From Azolla caroliniana (lineage: Eukaryota > Plantae > Polypodiophyta): a stretch of DNA of 64,000 nt. This document shows, piece by piece, positions 60,197 through 64,000 of the stretch. Where the stretch lies: assembly GCA_043228905.1 (NCBI GenBank), contig JBHGNT010000022.1, positions 62,001 to 126,000 on the forward strand, written 5' to 3'. Positions within the stretch are counted from its first letter, which is position 1. Each line of letters begins with the position of its first letter. The position numbers were made by a program, and so were the translations under genes. The notes beneath the pieces are model-generated. The model worked only from the letters and a program-made list of their open reading frames with translations, had not been told where the DNA came from and did not search any database.

Positions 60197-63100
60197 TGTC
60201 GCGAACATCCGCGCGTGCATGTTCCAACTTGTGTCGTGCCTTTCGGCTCCGGATCGTTGCGTGAGTCGGGTTGGAACCATTGAGGTTTTGGACTAGGAGA
60301 AAGAAGAATACAATATAAGGCTAGTTATGAATAGGTAGAAAGAGAAGTAAGAAATAAAACTTATGAATCCCACGTTTTTAGTGTATTTAGTCAATATTTA
60401 GATTGTAAGAAAAAGAATTTTGATGATAAACTCGTGAATCCCACGAATATATTCGATTGATCAATCCTTATAAAATAATCAACGAGATCATACATCTTTC
60501 TTTCCTCCTTATATAAGGATGGAAGAGGCTAAGCATAGCTTCATGCTTTTTCTAAAGTGTTCATGCACACTAAATGTTCATGAGTTGCCTTTTTACACTA
60601 TGCTTTTATTTCCTAAATATAGTGCTCATGCTCGCTAGATGTGCACGAGTAATTTTTTATTGGTGTGTATTTTTCTTAAAGTATTCACGCATTCTAAAAA
60701 TGCATCACTTACGTTTTAATAAAGGTAGGGTAGGTGTAAATAAAGGTCTTATACATATTAAATCTATGTTTACCACACCTAGGATAAGATAGTACAATGG
60801 TAAGGTTGGGGTTTGTCTGCGTGGAGGTAGAAGGTTCTAATCTTGCCCTATGCATGTAATGATCTTTTCTTTTATTTACAAATTTGTCTCTCCATCCGGT
60901 GAGAGACTCTCACCGGCCTTCTTTATTCATCTCTTGCCGGTTCTTACCGGGTCTCCTTATTGGGTCCTCCTTGCCGGTTCCTCCTTCATCCGGTTCTTAC
61001 CGGTTCTCCTTAGCGGGCCCTCCTTACCCATCCGCTTCGTCCGTTCTCACCTACTCTCACTGGCCTTCTTCATCCGGCTCTTGCCGGTTTGCTTCGTTCG
61101 GTTCTCACCGGGTACTCTTCATCCGGTTCTTACTGACTCTCACCGGCCTTCTTCATCTCGCTCTTGCTGGGTCTGCTTCGTCCCATCCGGAGGGACCAAA
61201 AATGCAATTTTCTCATAGTGTGCGATTTACACTACGACACTCGCCCCCTCCAAACCCGCACATCCTCCGGTATGTGCCGAAGTTTTCGATGCTCATTATT
61301 TGCCTTCATCCGTAACACTTTCCGATTCTCCCCTTATGTCGACTACGAGTTGAAGTCCACTTTCTTCGCTTTCCACATCACCGCGCTCTTTGTCCGGTTG
61401 CTCCTCGTTGTCGGTCTTGTCTACGGTTACATAGGGTTCTTCGTCAGTCCACTTCTTGAAGATCTTTATCCATTTCCCCGCTATAGGCATTTGTAGTATT
61501 GTTCCATCCAACTTGCATAGTCGGTAAGTTCTATTGTCAACAACTTTCCGAAGTTCGTATGGCCCGAACCACCTCTTAGCGACCTTCCGTATTGTTGTAT
61601 GTTGATGATCCAAACTACTATCATAGACAATCACCCAATCTCCTTCTTCAATCTTTCGTGGCCGTAGTCGACGCTTTGCGTTGAATCGGCTTTTGTTCCG
61701 GAATCGCGCTTCCTGTTGTCGGCGTGTTGCTTCAACTATGGCTTCCGGTCTTCCTTCTAGTTGTAGTATCCGGACCGCTAGTAATTCTTCCCGGCTCATC
61801 CCTTCCTTCCACAGCAGCACATTCCATGTTGCAATTGCGGCTTCCGTCGGCATTACCGGTCCATGTCCGGTCATGAGTTCGGCTGGCATAAAACCGGTCA
61901 CAGAACTATGTGTCGTATGATCCGCCGATAGTGCATATGGAAGCATCTGCGGCCAATCCTTCACCCTTCCGTTGCATGCTTTTGCAAGTGCTTTGACGAT
62001 TGGACTATGTCCTCGTTCGATCTTCCCATTGGCTTCTGGATTGTATGCCATTGTCAGTGTTAACCGAACTCCATGTTTGGTGAAGAATTCCCTAGCTTTA
62101 TCAGAGTCAAGTTCTCCCCGATCCACAATCACTTGTCCTACGCACCCGTACCTGCAAAACACCACCTCCAAAAGAAATAGGCATACCGTAGAACACATTT
62201 TCCTTCATAGCACCCGACCTTCTACTTGGTTTGTGAGATCTTCTCGAGCTAACACCAAGTACTTCTTTTGTCCGATCCTGGTTGGCATGGCTACAATATC
62301 GACCATCCATTTGAAGTTGATTGTCGGTGAGAATGTTGGATGTAACTCATCTCGGTGTCGAACTCCAGAGTAGATTTGACACTTCTCGCAACTTTCCGTG
62401 AACTCTGCTATATCTTTGTACATATTCTTCGCCCAATATTTTTGTTTGATTTTCACAAAAGTTGCCCATGTTCCTCGATATCTAGCCAAATCGGATTCGT
62501 GAAACTCGAACATTATCCGGTTTCGTTGCTCTTTCGCCTTGACCACCCGAAGTGGTATGCCATCCGGTCTTTTCGGCTCCCTCCATATTAATCCATTTTT
62601 CAAGAAGAACTTTTGGACTTGCCTCTTCTTCCTTCGTATCTCGACTCTCTTCTCTTTATCGTCCGATGATTCCTCAATCTCTTGTAGCACCTTCCCGATC
62701 ATCAAGCTTTCTCCCTCGTATTCTTCTTTTCGGAATTCTCGGATTATGTTTACTCGGCATATGTGCTCCGAAGCAATGTAGTCTTCAGAAACTTCTTCAT
62801 TATCAGATTCGTCTATGTCGTCTCCAAACCGAGCTCTTGAGGGCATATCCGCTACCGCGTTGTCTTTTCTGGAGATGTGTCATACGTCTGGGTTAAGTGA
62901 CTTAACATATGCAATCCATCTTAGCATAGCCACATCCGGTATCGTGCAACACCGCATCATCCCGAGTATCGGAAGACAATCCATTTCGAATTTGATTGCC
63001 GACACGACTCCCCATAATTCTCTTTTGACTTGTGCATATCCGCGTTGCCTTTCGTTGAGAACCTTTGCTCCGAATCGGATCGGATATTGCAAACCATCCG

Positions 63101-64000
63101 AGTCGGCTTGCTTAATGACCCATCCGATCCTGATTGGACTTGTATCAACCGTTACTATGATCAGTCACTCATAGCTTGGCTTCTTAAGTGCTTCAACCAC
63201 CCTCCGTAGTGTTTTCTTGAGCTTCTTCATGGCTTTGGTGTGTTTTGGTTTCCATTCGAACTTCTTCCCCTTTCGCAATAAGTGATAGAGTGGGTCCGCA
63301 ATATGTGCATAGTGCGGTATCCATCTGTGATAAAATGCACAAGCTCCAAGAAACCTTCGAACTTCGGATTGTGACTCACATACTTCTTTCATAGCTTGAA
63401 TCGCATAGATCTTGGTTGGTGACGGTCTTCGGCCGTAGGGCCCACATAGATGTCCGACTACCAATATCTCTTCTTGCCCGAATGCCGATTTCTCCCCAGA
63501 AAGTGTTTGGTGCATATCTTCTAACTTTCGAAGCACTTTCTCGTAATCACGAATATGGTCGACTACGAACTTTCGGCATCCTCGATCATCCATAGTTTCA
63601 TCTTTTTCTTCTATCGCGCATCCTTTCATCGAAATGTCATCTAGGAATGACATTGTTATCTCCGGAATGCAATCTTGAAGCACCTTGTTCATCGCGTTCA
63701 TCATATGTGCAACCGAGTTTGTCGCTCCTTGTGGTAGTGTGCACATTCGGACTAATCCTATCGGTGTCCGCATGGTAGTGATGTCTCGGCTCTCCATGGC
63801 TAGTTGGAATTGGTCATACCCCGAGTATAGGTCTCCGATGGAGTATATCGCACAACTGGCAAATGCTTCCGCAAATTCGTCCACTATCGGGCCGACTCCG
63901 GAGTTCCGGATCATGACCTTGTTCACCGGTTGCAAGTCTTGGATAAATCAGAGTGACCCATTCTTCCTCGGAACCGAAAACCATCGATTTGGGTATGGAG
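60197..64000 (-). mobile_element. Non-chromovirus Ty3/gypsy (Phygy-like) 3' half: RT, RNase H, integrase with GPY motif, 3' LTR 60197-61239
   Basis: DLYSGYDQF, LPQGATNSVA, SFLDD, PIRFGA, WMVDIV, DRGE, YNPEANGKIERGH, WFGPY. PPT-like GGTTTGGAGGGGGCGAG next to 61239. TGTCG...CGACA termini. Frameshifts and stops present. Confidence 0.9.

Overview
Eukaryotic plant genomic DNA, probably from a non-seed land plant (inferred from Tcn1-type chromovirus, Phygy-like non-chromovirus and Sola-like remnants). About 85% of the window is deeply nested, decayed LTR retrotransposons: three Ty1/copia families with tRNA-iMet PBS, a self-priming-type chromovirus, a tRNA-Trp-primed gag-only family with 4-bp TSDs and its probable pol-bearing partner, and a tRNA-Arg-primed group including a 1.24-kb TRIM-like copy. 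The one recognisable host gene is an intact 5-exon GDSL esterase/lipase (41662-44892, +). The most unusual signal is in the Arg-primed group. Three elements lack a polypurine tract and instead carry a sense-strand tRNA-Arg 3'-end mimic ending in CCA (an inverted PBS) directly before the 3' LTR, which suggests tRNA priming of both DNA strands or a self-encoded primer. Boundaries were read by eye and lineage names come from recalled motifs, not searches.
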